Positions 24,597 through 34,414 of a DNA stretch of 64,000 bases are shown piece after piece. The DNA comes from Actinomycetota bacterium (lineage in GTDB: Bacteria > Actinomycetota > Acidimicrobiia > Acidimicrobiales > Ilumatobacteraceae). The position numbers were made by a program, and so were the translations under genes. Location: contig WLDE01000002.1 of NCBI GenBank assembly GCA_009704985.1, positions 1,560 through 65,559 of the forward strand. Reading direction: 5' to 3'. Every line of letters starts with the position of its first letter. Position 1 is the first letter of the stretch. The notes beneath the pieces are model-generated. The model did no database searches. It worked only from the letters and a program-made list of their open reading frames with translations, and was not told the origin of the DNA.

Positions 24597-25444
24597 CTGC
24601 TGCGGCTCCAGCGGAACGTCATCCGACACAGCACCAAGCCTCCCACGGTCCAGGCGGCCAGCACCACCAGCACGAGCGGGCGTTCCCACGAGCCGGCCGG
24701 CTCCATCACCTGCCACGAGTCGGGCAGGAAGACGCTGCGCAGACCCTGCGTCATCCACTTCAGCGGGAACAGCGCCGCCACCTGCTGCAGCACGGGCGGC
24801 ACGTCGCTGAACAGCAGGTACACGCCGGAGATGAACTGCAGGAAGATGAAGGGTGCCTGCACGATCGCGTTGGCGTTCTTCGCGTTCTTCGGCACCGACG
24901 AGACGGCGACGCCGAGGACCGATCCGGAGGCCGTGCCGAGCAGGAAGACGGCTGCGAACATCGCCCAGCGGTCGGGGGTGGACGGCAGGTCGAGGTCGTA
25001 GAGCGTGACCGCCACGGCGAGCAGCACCACCGTCTCGGCCACGGCCGTCACGAGCACGAACAGCGTCTTGCCCAGGAAGTACGCCGCGGGCGGCATCGGT
25101 GTGGCGCGGTACCGCAGCAGCACGCCGAGGTCGCGCTCGTAGGCGATCGAGATCGCGAGGCTCACGAAGCTCACCGACATGATGCCGCTGGCGATGATGC
25201 CCGACGCCATCACCTGGCTCGCCTCGACGCCGGTGCCACTGATCGTCTCCCGGAAGATCGACCCGAACAGCACCAGGAGCATCACGGGGAAGGCGAGCAC
25301 GAAGAACGTGGCCTCCCGGTCGCGGAGCAGTTCGACCAGGTCGAGCCGGGCCCGGGACACCGAGGTCCGCAGCAGCGACGGTGCGGCGGGACCGGCCGGG
25401 GTGGGGGAGAAGGGACGGGTGGTGGTGCCTGCGGTGGCGTTCAC
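24593..25444 (-). CDS. ABC-2 type transporter permease
   Basis: 283-aa six-TM protein with the typical ABC-2 layout. 4-nt overlaps with both the ATPase and the kinase genes. Confidence 0.8.
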   Translation of the reverse strand: MNATAGTTTRPFSPTPAGPAAPSLLRTSVSRARLDLVELLRDREATFFVLAFPVMLLVLFGSIFRETISGTGVEASQVMASGIIASGIMSVSFVSLAISIAYERDLGVLLRYRATPMPPAAYFLGKTLFVLVTAVAETVVLLAVAVTLYDLDLPSTPDRWAMFAAVFLLGTASGSVLGVAVSSVPKNAKNANAIVQAPFIFLQFISGVYLLFSDVPPVLQQVAALFPLKWMTQGLRSVFLPDSWQVMEPAGSWERPLVLVVLAAWTVGGLVLCRMTFRWSRSR

Positions 25445-26361
25445 GAGCGTGCTCCGATCGGCTGGTCGTCGGCGCGAGCGGGCTGCGTCGCACCGTGGTC
25501 GTCGAGCAGGCGCAGGTACACGTCCTCCAGGGTGGGACGGTGCACCTCGAGGCCGGGGACCTCACCGCCGAACCGGGCGGCGAGGTCGCGCACCGTCGCC
25601 GTTGGCGTGGCCGACGTGACGACCCGACGGCCCTCGACCGGGTCGTCCCAGACCACCGTGGCGTGCTGCTGTGCCCGCCCACCGAGATCGGCGGGGGTGC
25701 CCTCGGCCACGATGAGGCCACGGCTGATCACCGCGACCCGATCGGCGAGCGCCTCGGCCTCCTCGAGGTAGTGCGTGGTGAGCACCATCGTCGTGCCCTC
25801 GTCGCGAAGCGCGTGCACGAGCTCCCAGAAGTGCCGGCGCGCCGCCGGGTCGAACCCGGTGGTCGGCTCGTCGAGGAACAGCAGCTCGGGCCGGCCGACG
25901 ATGCCGAGCGCCACGTCGAGCCGGCGACGCTGGCCGCCGGACAACCGCCCGATCCGCTCGTCGGCCTTGCCGGCCAACCCCACCCGCTCGATCACCTCGT
26001 CCACCGGCCGCGGCCGGCGGTAGAGGCCGGCGAAGTGCCGCACCACCTCGCGTACCGTGAGGTCGTCGAACGCGCCGGTGGTCTGCCACACGATCCCGAC
26101 CCGCTCGCGCCAGTGTGCGTCCGCGTCCGCCGGGTCGATGCCGAGCACCTGCACGTCGCCGGTGTCGCGCCGTCGTACGCCCTCGAGGATCTCGACCGTC
26201 GTGGTCTTCCCCGCTCCGTTGGGTCCGAGGAGGGCGACGATCTCGCCGGCACCGACCACGAGGTCGATGCCGCGCACCGCCTCCACCCGGGACGATGCAC
26301 CGCCCCGCCGTCCTCCGCTCGTGTACGTCTTGCGCAACCCGCGCACGGTGATCGCATCCAT
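25441..26361 (-). CDS. ABC transporter ATP-binding protein
   Basis: Walker A GPNGAGKTT, signature LSGGQRRR, Walker B LLFLDEPTTGFD. The preferred start is ATG 26361 (MDAITVRGL); the tracked ORF begins at 26424. Confidence 0.85.
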   Translation of the reverse strand: MDAITVRGLRKTYTSGGRRGGASSRVEAVRGIDLVVGAGEIVALLGPNGAGKTTTVEILEGVRRRDTGDVQVLGIDPADADAHWRERVGIVWQTTGAFDDLTVREVVRHFAGLYRRPRPVDEVIERVGLAGKADERIGRLSGGQRRRLDVALGIVGRPELLFLDEPTTGFDPAARRHFWELVHALRDEGTTMVLTTHYLEEAEALADRVAVISRGLIVAEGTPADLGGRAQQHATVVWDDPVEGRRVVTSATPTATVRDLAARFGGEVPGLEVHRPTLEDVYLRLLDDHGATQPARADDQPIGARS

Positions 26362-26418
26362 GCACCGATGGTGCACCTCGGCGGCGGCGGGCGGAACGTC
26401 CGTTGGTCCGATCGTGCC

Positions 26419-26436
26419 GTCCACCGATCGGTGGAC
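26419..26436. promoter_or_regulatory. Perfect 18-bp palindrome GTCCACCGATCGGTGGAC in a divergent promoter region
   Basis: Read directly. Lies between the ABC ATPase start (26361, minus) and dinB (26502, plus). Confidence 0.4.
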
Positions 26437-26478
26437 GACACGATGGCGGAGTGGCTCGGGCCCGCCCGGCGCAAGGAA

Positions 26479-26492
26479 CGAACACGTGTTCG
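26479..26492. promoter_or_regulatory. LexA (SOS) box CGAACacgtGTTCG
   Basis: Perfect match to the core of the actinobacterial/Gram-positive consensus TCGAAC-N4-GTTCGA. Ends 9 nt upstream of the dinB ATG. Confidence 0.75.
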
Positions 26493-26501
26493 ACTAACGT
26501 G

Positions 26502-27779
26502 ATGGGCGTGGTGGTCGCCGGGCCGAACATCCTGCACGCGGACCTCGACGCGTTCTACGCGTCGGTCGAGCAGCTGCTCGACCCGTCGCTGCGCGGCCGG
26601 CCGATCGCCGTCGGCGGGGGCGTCGTGCTCGCCGCGTCGTACGAGGCGAAGCGCCGCGGCGTGCAGGGTGGGATGGCCGGCTGGAAGGCCAAGCAGCTGT
26701 GCCCCGACCTGCTGTTCGTCGGCGGCCACTTCCGCGAGTACCAGCGACTCGCCGACGAGGTGATGGCCGTGCTGTACGACCACACCCCGCACGTGCAGCG
26801 CATCTCGATCGACGAGGCGTTCCTCGACGTCGGCGGTTCGGTGCACCTCTTCGGTCCTCCCGGTGTGATCGCCGCACGCATCCGGCAGCGGGTCCGCGAC
26901 GAGATCGGTCTGCCGATCTCGGTCGGAGCGGCACGCACCAAGCACCTCGCGAAGATCGCGTCACAGGTCGCCAAGCCCGACGGTCTCGTGGTGGTCGACC
27001 CCGAACGCGAGCGCGCCTTCCTCGACCCGCTGCCGGTGCATCTCGTGTGGGGCGTCGGTCCGGTCACCGAGCGCAAGCTCGCCGAGCGCGGCATCCGCAC
27101 CGTCGGCGAGCTGGCGGCCACCTCCGACGACGCGCTGCAGTCGCTGCTCGGCCGGGCGATCGGTGCCAAGGTGTGGGCGCTCGCCGCGAACGACGACGAG
27201 CGTCGGGTCGAGGGGACCCGCCGGTCCGGCTCGGTCGGGGCCCAGTCGGCGTTCGGCCGGCGCGAGCCGACCGCCGAGCTCGTCCGGTCGGTGCTCGGTC
27301 ACCTGGCCGACCGGGTCGCGACCCGGCTGCGCGCGAAGCAGCGTGCCGGCCGCACCGTCACGGTGCGTGTCCGCTTCTCGAGCCGTGGCGCGCCGATGCG
27401 GGCGGTCACCAGGTCGCGCACCGGTGACGCCCCGGTGTCCACCACGCTCACCCTCACCGAGATCGCCGAGCAGCTCGTGTGGCAGGCGCTCGCCGACCAC
27501 CCCGACCGGTCGGAGATCTCGCTGCTCGCGATCTCGGTGTCGAACCTGGTCGACCAGCCGGTGCTGCAGCTGGAGTTGCCGGTCGCCCCCGGCGGCCAGG
27601 AGGCCGACGAGGTGCGGCCCGGCTCGGCCACGGGGAGCGCCCGCTGGGCCGTCGACACCTCGATCGACGCGATCCGCCGGAAGTTCGGTCGTTCGGCGGT
27701 CGGGTACACCTCCACCGCGCTCTCCGACGCCGCCTCCGTCCCCGACGAGTTCCGCGAGCTCGCCGAGCACGAGCTCTGA
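26502..27779 (+). CDS. dinB: DNA polymerase IV (Y-family)
   Basis: ILHADLDAFYASVEQ, RISIDEAFLDV and GLPISVGAARTKHLAKIAS. An SOS box is immediately upstream. Confidence 0.9.
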   Translation: MGVVVAGPNILHADLDAFYASVEQLLDPSLRGRPIAVGGGVVLAASYEAKRRGVQGGMAGWKAKQLCPDLLFVGGHFREYQRLADEVMAVLYDHTPHVQRISIDEAFLDVGGSVHLFGPPGVIAARIRQRVRDEIGLPISVGAARTKHLAKIASQVAKPDGLVVVDPERERAFLDPLPVHLVWGVGPVTERKLAERGIRTVGELAATSDDALQSLLGRAIGAKVWALAANDDERRVEGTRRSGSVGAQSAFGRREPTAELVRSVLGHLADRVATRLRAKQRAGRTVTVRVRFSSRGAPMRAVTRSRTGDAPVSTTLTLTEIAEQLVWQALADHPDRSEISLLAISVSNLVDQPVLQLELPVAPGGQEADEVRPGSATGSARWAVDTSIDAIRRKFGRSAVGYTSTALSDAASVPDEFRELAEHEL

Positions 27780-27950
27780 CCGGTCACCGCCCGATCGCGA
27801 GGCGGGTCATCGCGGACCCGTGTGACCTCGGGCGCGCCGCGGCCCACCGGGACGCTGAGGTTCTCCGCCGACGGGGGTCATCGCGTAGGGTCCGGGCGAC
27901 TGGGGATGGCCGCGCTGCGGCCGCTGAACCGACTGAGAAAGGTGACCCGC

Positions 27951-29276
<1,326 letters not shown>

Positions 29277-29307
29277 TCCGTCGCTCCTGATCCCTCGCCC
29301 GGGCGGT

Positions 29308-29433
29308 CGTCGGGTCGGCGGCGTGGCGCTGTTCCTCGTGCGCACCTTCGCCCGGATCCACGGCGGTCGGGCGTGGTGTGAGCCGAGCCCGCTCGGCGGG
29401 TCGCGCTTCGTGGTGTCGTTCCCGCAGCGACCG
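29308..29433 (+). pseudogene. Relic of a histidine-kinase C-terminus (HATPase_c G2 box to end)
   Basis: The frame reads RRVGGVALFLVRTFARIHGGRAWCEPSPLGGSRFVVSFPQRP. This matches the canonical kinase ending GxGLxLVRxxxxxHGGxxWxExxxxGGxxFxxxxP. No upstream kinase body exists; the ACAD gene ends at 29276. Confidence 0.5.
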
Positions 29434-29508
29434 ACGGGGCGCCCTCGTCGGCAACGTCGTGATCCGTCCGGCTCGTCCGGAACGGCCCGGCGGGGGAATG
29501 CTCGGCGC

Positions 29509-30786
29509 ATGGATTTCGAGCTGCCGAAGGACCTCACCGACCTCCTCGCCGAACTGGACGACTTCATCGAGCGGGTGATCAAGCCGCTCGAGGCGCAGGA
29601 CGACAACATCCGCTTCTTCGACCACCGGCGTGAGGACGCCCGCACCGACTGGGACAACCAGGGGCTCCCGAACGAGGAGTGGGAGCAGTTGCTCCACAAG
29701 GTGAAGCGGCTCGCCGACAAGGAGGGCTTCTACCGCTACCCGTTCCCGAAGGAGTACGGCGGCCGCGAGGGCAGCAACCTCGGGATGGCGATCATCCGCG
29801 AGCACCTCGCCCGCAAGGGTCTCGGGCTCCACAACGACCTCCAGAACGAGCACTCGATCGTCGGCAACAACGTCGGGCTGCTGCTGATGATCGCCTACGG
29901 CACCGACGAGCAGAAGGCCGAGTGGATCGACGACCTCGCCGAGGGCCGCAAGGGGTTCGCGTTCGGGATCACCGAGCCCAACCACGGCTCGGACGCCACC
30001 CACATGGAGACCACCGCCGTCCGCGACGGCGACGAGTGGATCATCAACGGGGAGAAGACCTGGAACACGGGCATCCACAAGGCCCAGTACGACATGATCA
30101 TGGCCCGCACCAGCGGAAAGGCCGGTGACGGCGACGGGATCACCGCGTTCCTCGTGCCGACGAAGAGCCCGGGCTTCGAGATCGTCGAGTTCCTGTGGAC
30201 GTTCAACATGCCGACGGATCACGCGCACATCCGGCTCACCGACGTGCGGGTGCCGCACAGCGCGATCTTCGGCGGCGAGGGCCGCGGCCTGCAGGTGGTG
30301 CAGCACTTCTTCAACGAGAACCGCATCCGCCAGGCAGCGTCGAGCCTCGGTGCGGCGCAGTTCTGCATCGACGAGTCGGTGAAGTACGCGAAGGAGCGCA
30401 AGCCGTTCGGCAAGGCGCTCGCCAGCAACCAGGCGATCCAGTTCCCGCTGGTCGAGCTCCAGACGCAGTGCGAGATGCTGCGCGCCCTCATCCACAAGAC
30501 CGCGTGGCTGATGGACAAGCACGGTGCGTTCAGCCAGAGCGACAAGGTCTCGATGTGCAACTACTGGGCGAACCGGCTGTGCTGCGAGGCCGCGGATCGT
30601 GCGATGCAGGTGCACGGTGGCCTCGGCTACAGCCGTCACAAGCCGTTCGAGCACATCTACCGCCACCACCGCCGCTACCGGATCACGGAGGGCGCGGAGG
30701 AGATCCAGATGCGCCGCGTGGCCGGCTACATGTTCGGCTTCATGAGCCAGCAGGCGCCGAAGGGTGTCGCGGGGGTGCACGGGTGA
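29509..30786 (+). CDS. Acyl-CoA dehydrogenase
   Basis: ATG 29509 (MDFELPKDL). FGITEPNHGSDAT, WIINGEKTWNTG and YRITEGAEEIQ. Confidence 0.85.
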   Translation: MDFELPKDLTDLLAELDDFIERVIKPLEAQDDNIRFFDHRREDARTDWDNQGLPNEEWEQLLHKVKRLADKEGFYRYPFPKEYGGREGSNLGMAIIREHLARKGLGLHNDLQNEHSIVGNNVGLLLMIAYGTDEQKAEWIDDLAEGRKGFAFGITEPNHGSDATHMETTAVRDGDEWIINGEKTWNTGIHKAQYDMIMARTSGKAGDGDGITAFLVPTKSPGFEIVEFLWTFNMPTDHAHIRLTDVRVPHSAIFGGEGRGLQVVQHFFNENRIRQAASSLGAAQFCIDESVKYAKERKPFGKALASNQAIQFPLVELQTQCEMLRALIHKTAWLMDKHGAFSQSDKVSMCNYWANRLCCEAADRAMQVHGGLGYSRHKPFEHIYRHHRRYRITEGAEEIQMRRVAGYMFGFMSQQAPKGVAGVHG

Positions 30787-32741
30787 CCTCGGTCGACGTC
30801 ACGGCATCACCGAGCCCGTTCCTGCACGGCGTCGTCCCGATCACCGAGACCGACGACGAGATCCGCGCCGCGCTCGAGCAGGCCGAGCTGCCGCCGCTGC
30901 TGCCCGCGCTCGCGTACCTGACCGGCGACCTGTCGCTGCTCCGGCCGCACCTGCGCCCCGACCCGTTGACGATGTCGATGCCCCAGGGTGGTCTCACCGA
31001 CGACCAGCAGGCCGAGATCCGGTCGATCGCGCTCGACGTGCTGTGCCGCTACCGCGACGGCGGATGCCGGCCGGCGCCGGTGCCGACCGACGACGAGCTG
31101 CGTCAGATCCTGGAGTTCATCGTCGGCGGCGCGCCGATGGGCGACTACCTGCCGCTGGTGGAGGAGGAGCTCGCCTATCGGGGCGAGGACCGCCGCGCTC
31201 CCGGCTGGCACATCTCGCAGACGGCGCCCGGTCGCACCTTCCACGTCGTGATCATCGGATCCGGGATGTCGGGCATCCTGGCCGCGCACCGTCTGCAGCA
31301 AGCGGGCGTCACGTTCACGATCCTCGACAAGAACGACGACGTCGGCGGCACCTGGCACGAGAGCGTCTACCCGGGCTGTCGCGTCGACAACCCCAACCAC
31401 AACTACAGCTACTCGTTCGCGCAGCGCCACGACTGGCCGTACCACTACTCGCCGCAGGGCGTGCTCGAGCAGTACTTCCGTGAGTGCGCCGACGCGTTCG
31501 GGGTGCGGCCGCACATCCGCTTCGGGTGCACCGTGCAGCGCAGCGTGTGGGACGACGACACCAAGCGCTGGACGGTCCACTACCTCGAGGGCGGTGCCGA
31601 GCGCACCATCGAGGGCGATGCCGTGATCAGCGCCGTCGGCCAGCTCAACCGGCCGCTGTGGCCCACCATCGACGGCATCGCCGACTTCCAGGGTCCGTAC
31701 TTCCACTCGGCCGAGTGGCGCCACGACCTCGACCTCACCGGCAAGCGGGTCTGTGTGATCGGCACCGGAGCGAGTGCGCTGCAGTTCATCCCCGAGGTCG
31801 CGAAGGTGGCCGGTCACGTGACGGTCTTCCAGCGCACCCCACCGTGGATCGCGCCGACACCGGACTACCACGACGAGATCGCGCCGGGGCTCAAGTGGCT
31901 GTACGGCCACGTCCCCACGTACAGCGAGCTGGTCCGCTTCGCCATCTTCTGGCGGATGGGCGACGGCGCGATCGAGGGCGTGCGCGTGGATCCGACTTGG
32001 CAGGGCGACGGCTCCTCGGTCAGCGAGATCAGCGAGTTCGGCAAGCAGATGCTGCTCGAGTACTACCGCGAGCAGTTCGGCGACCGGCCCGACCTGCTGG
32101 AGAAGGTGATCCCGAACTACCCGCCCGGCGCCAAGCGGGCCGTGCGCGACAACGGCATCTGGGCCACGACGCTGAAGCGCGACGACGTCACGCTGCGCAC
32201 CGACGCGATCGGTCACGTCGACGCGACCGGGGTCGCGATGGTCGACGGCTCGCACGTCGACGCCGACGTGATCATCTACGGCACCGGCTACCAGGCGTCG
32301 AGGTTCCTCACGCCGATGCAGGTGCAGGGCGTCGGCGGACGCGACCTGCACGAGCAGTGGGGCGGCGACGCACGTGCGTACCTCGGCGTGTCGATCCCGG
32401 GGTTCCCGAACTTCTGGTGCCTCTACGGGCCGAACACCAACATCGTCATCAACGGCAGCATCATCTACTTCAGCGAGTGCGGGGTGCGGTACATCCTCGG
32501 CCTCGTGCGCGAGGTGCTCGCCAACGACGCGACGGCGATCATGGTGCGCCAGGACGTGCACGACCGCTTCAACGAGGCCGTCGACGCGGAGAACCGGCGC
32601 ATGGCGTGGGGCTGGAGCCCGGTGAACAGCTGGTACAAGAACCAGTTCGGACGCGTGGCGCAGAACTGGCCGTTCACGCTGCTCGAGTACTGGCGCCGGA
32701 CGAAGCAGGTCGACCCGCAGGAGTTCGAGCTCATCCGCTGA
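30783..32741 (+). CDS. Baeyer-Villiger (flavin-containing) monooxygenase with about 170-aa N-terminal extension (HAPMO-like)
   Basis: GTG 30783 overlaps the ACAD stop (GTGA). Rossmann motifs IIGSGMSG and VIGTGASA. BVMO fingerprint FQGPYFHSAEWRHD (FxGxxxHxxxW). Confidence 0.85.
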   Translation: MTSVDVTASPSPFLHGVVPITETDDEIRAALEQAELPPLLPALAYLTGDLSLLRPHLRPDPLTMSMPQGGLTDDQQAEIRSIALDVLCRYRDGGCRPAPVPTDDELRQILEFIVGGAPMGDYLPLVEEELAYRGEDRRAPGWHISQTAPGRTFHVVIIGSGMSGILAAHRLQQAGVTFTILDKNDDVGGTWHESVYPGCRVDNPNHNYSYSFAQRHDWPYHYSPQGVLEQYFRECADAFGVRPHIRFGCTVQRSVWDDDTKRWTVHYLEGGAERTIEGDAVISAVGQLNRPLWPTIDGIADFQGPYFHSAEWRHDLDLTGKRVCVIGTGASALQFIPEVAKVAGHVTVFQRTPPWIAPTPDYHDEIAPGLKWLYGHVPTYSELVRFAIFWRMGDGAIEGVRVDPTWQGDGSSVSEISEFGKQMLLEYYREQFGDRPDLLEKVIPNYPPGAKRAVRDNGIWATTLKRDDVTLRTDAIGHVDATGVAMVDGSHVDADVIIYGTGYQASRFLTPMQVQGVGGRDLHEQWGGDARAYLGVSIPGFPNFWCLYGPNTNIVINGSIIYFSECGVRYILGLVREVLANDATAIMVRQDVHDRFNEAVDAENRRMAWGWSPVNSWYKNQFGRVAQNWPFTLLEYWRRTKQVDPQEFELIR

Positions 32742-32772
32742 GCACTCGCGGTGGACGTCGCCGTGGCCGCGG

Positions 32773-32952
32773 TCAGCGGCGGCGACCGGCCGAGCGCAGG
32801 CGGCCGACGCCGTCGAGCACCACCTCGAGCCCGATCTCGAACTCGTCGGCGAAGTCGTAGCCGGGTCGCTGCACGTGGTCGTGCAGCAACTCGGCCAGGT
32901 ACGGGTAGGTGTCGCCGATCAGCTGCTCGAAGCCCTCGAGCACATCACCCAT
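32773..32952 (-). pseudogene. Relic of a TetR-family regulator: C-terminal domain tail only (about 59 codons)
   Basis: MGDVLEGFEQLIGDTYPYLAELLHDHVQRPGYDFADEFEIGLEVVLDGVGRL matches the end of TetR_C-type domains (YPxL...GYDxDxEFEFGLxxxLDGL). No HTH-encoding sequence lies upstream; the FAD oxidase gene starts at 33029 on the other strand. Confidence 0.5.
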
Positions 32953-33028
32953 CGTGTCGGGTCCGGTGACCGGCAAGATCGTCGTCGTGCCCTGACCGAC
33001 GACCGCTCCGGCCGGTACCGTCGGCGCC

Positions 33029-34414
33029 GTGGACGCGATGCCGCTCGACCCGTCGCTGCGCCGTGAGCTCGTCGACGTCGTCGGGCCGGCGCACCTGATC
33101 GACGACGACCGCCGCGCCTCGTACGAGATCGACTGGACCGGTCGGTTCCGCGGCGCCACGCCGGCGGTCGTCCGTCCCGGCGGCACCGACGAGGTCGCCG
33201 CGGTGCTGGACGTGTGCCGACGCCACGGCGTCGCCGTCGTACCGCAGGGCGGCAACACGGGCCTCGTCGGGGGCAGCGTGCCGCTCGCCGGTGAGGTGGT
33301 GCTGAGCCTGCGCCGCCTGGATGCCGTCGGCGAGGTCGACCGAGAGGCCGCGCAGCTGACCGCCGGTGCCGGGGCCAGCGTGGAGTCGGTGCAACAGGCC
33401 GCGGCCCGCGCGGGGTTGCGGTACGCGGTCGACTTCGGGGCTCGCGGTTCGGCCACCGTCGGCGGGTCGGTCGCCACCGACGCCGGCGGCATCAACGTGC
33501 TCCGCTGGGGCGGCACCCGCGCGCAGCTGCTCGGTGTGGAAGCGGTGCTCGGCACGGGCGACGTCGTGTCGCGCCTGCAGGGGCTGGTGAAGGACAACAC
33601 CGGCTACGACCTGGCCGGCGTGCTGTGCGGCAGCGAGGGCACGCTCGGCGTGGTGACGGCGGCGCGGCTGCGGTTGGTGGCGGCCCACGAGCACACGGTC
33701 ACGGCCCTGGTCGCGTTCGCCGACGTGCCCGCGGCGGTGCGTGCCGTCGCCACGTGGCGGTCGTCGCTCGACACCCTCGACGCGGCGGAGATCGTGCTCG
33801 ACCCGGGGGTGCGACTCGTCGCCGGTGTGCTCGGCTGCGGCCTCCCGTTCGATCGACCCGCGCCGGTGTACGTGCTGGTGGAGGCGAGCGGGCACGACGA
33901 CCCGACCGACGACCTCGCGGTGGCCGTCGGCGCCGTCGTCGGTGTGCTCGGCGTCGCCGTCGCGAGCGACGCCGCCGGGCGCTCCCGCCTCTGGCGGTAT
34001 CGCGAGGAGCACACGTCGTCGATCAACACGGTCGGCGTGCCGCACAAGTACGACGTCACGCTCCCGATCGCCGCGCTCGCCGGGTTCATGGCCGACGTGC
34101 CCGCGGTGGTGCGTGCCGCGGCGCCGTCGGCGACCACGTGGCTGTTCGGCCACGTCGGCGACGGGAACATCCACGTCAACGTGACCGGTGTCGCGGTCGA
34201 CGACCCGGCGCTCGACGAGGTGCTCGACGAGGCGGTGTACCGGTTCGTGGTGGCCTGCGGCGGCTGCATCAGCGCGGAGCACGGGATCGGCACGGCCAAG
34301 GCTCGCTGGCTCTCACTCGACCGCTCGGCGGGCGACCTCGCCGCGATGCGGGCGCTGAAGTCGGCGTTCGACCCCGCCGGCATCCTGAACCCTGCGGTCC
34401 TGCTGGGTCAGTAG
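33029..34414 (+). CDS. FAD-linked oxidase (GlcD / D-lactate or D-2-hydroxyacid dehydrogenase family)
   Basis: FAD_binding_4 pattern (VVRPGGTDEVAAVLDVCRRHGVAVVPQGGNTGLVGGS) and C-terminal oxidase domain (ISAEHGIG). Confidence 0.85.
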   Translation: MDAMPLDPSLRRELVDVVGPAHLIDDDRRASYEIDWTGRFRGATPAVVRPGGTDEVAAVLDVCRRHGVAVVPQGGNTGLVGGSVPLAGEVVLSLRRLDAVGEVDREAAQLTAGAGASVESVQQAAARAGLRYAVDFGARGSATVGGSVATDAGGINVLRWGGTRAQLLGVEAVLGTGDVVSRLQGLVKDNTGYDLAGVLCGSEGTLGVVTAARLRLVAAHEHTVTALVAFADVPAAVRAVATWRSSLDTLDAAEIVLDPGVRLVAGVLGCGLPFDRPAPVYVLVEASGHDDPTDDLAVAVGAVVGVLGVAVASDAAGRSRLWRYREEHTSSINTVGVPHKYDVTLPIAALAGFMADVPAVVRAAAPSATTWLFGHVGDGNIHVNVTGVAVDDPALDEVLDEAVYRFVVACGGCISAEHGIGTAKARWLSLDRSAGDLAAMRALKSAFDPAGILNPAVLLGQ

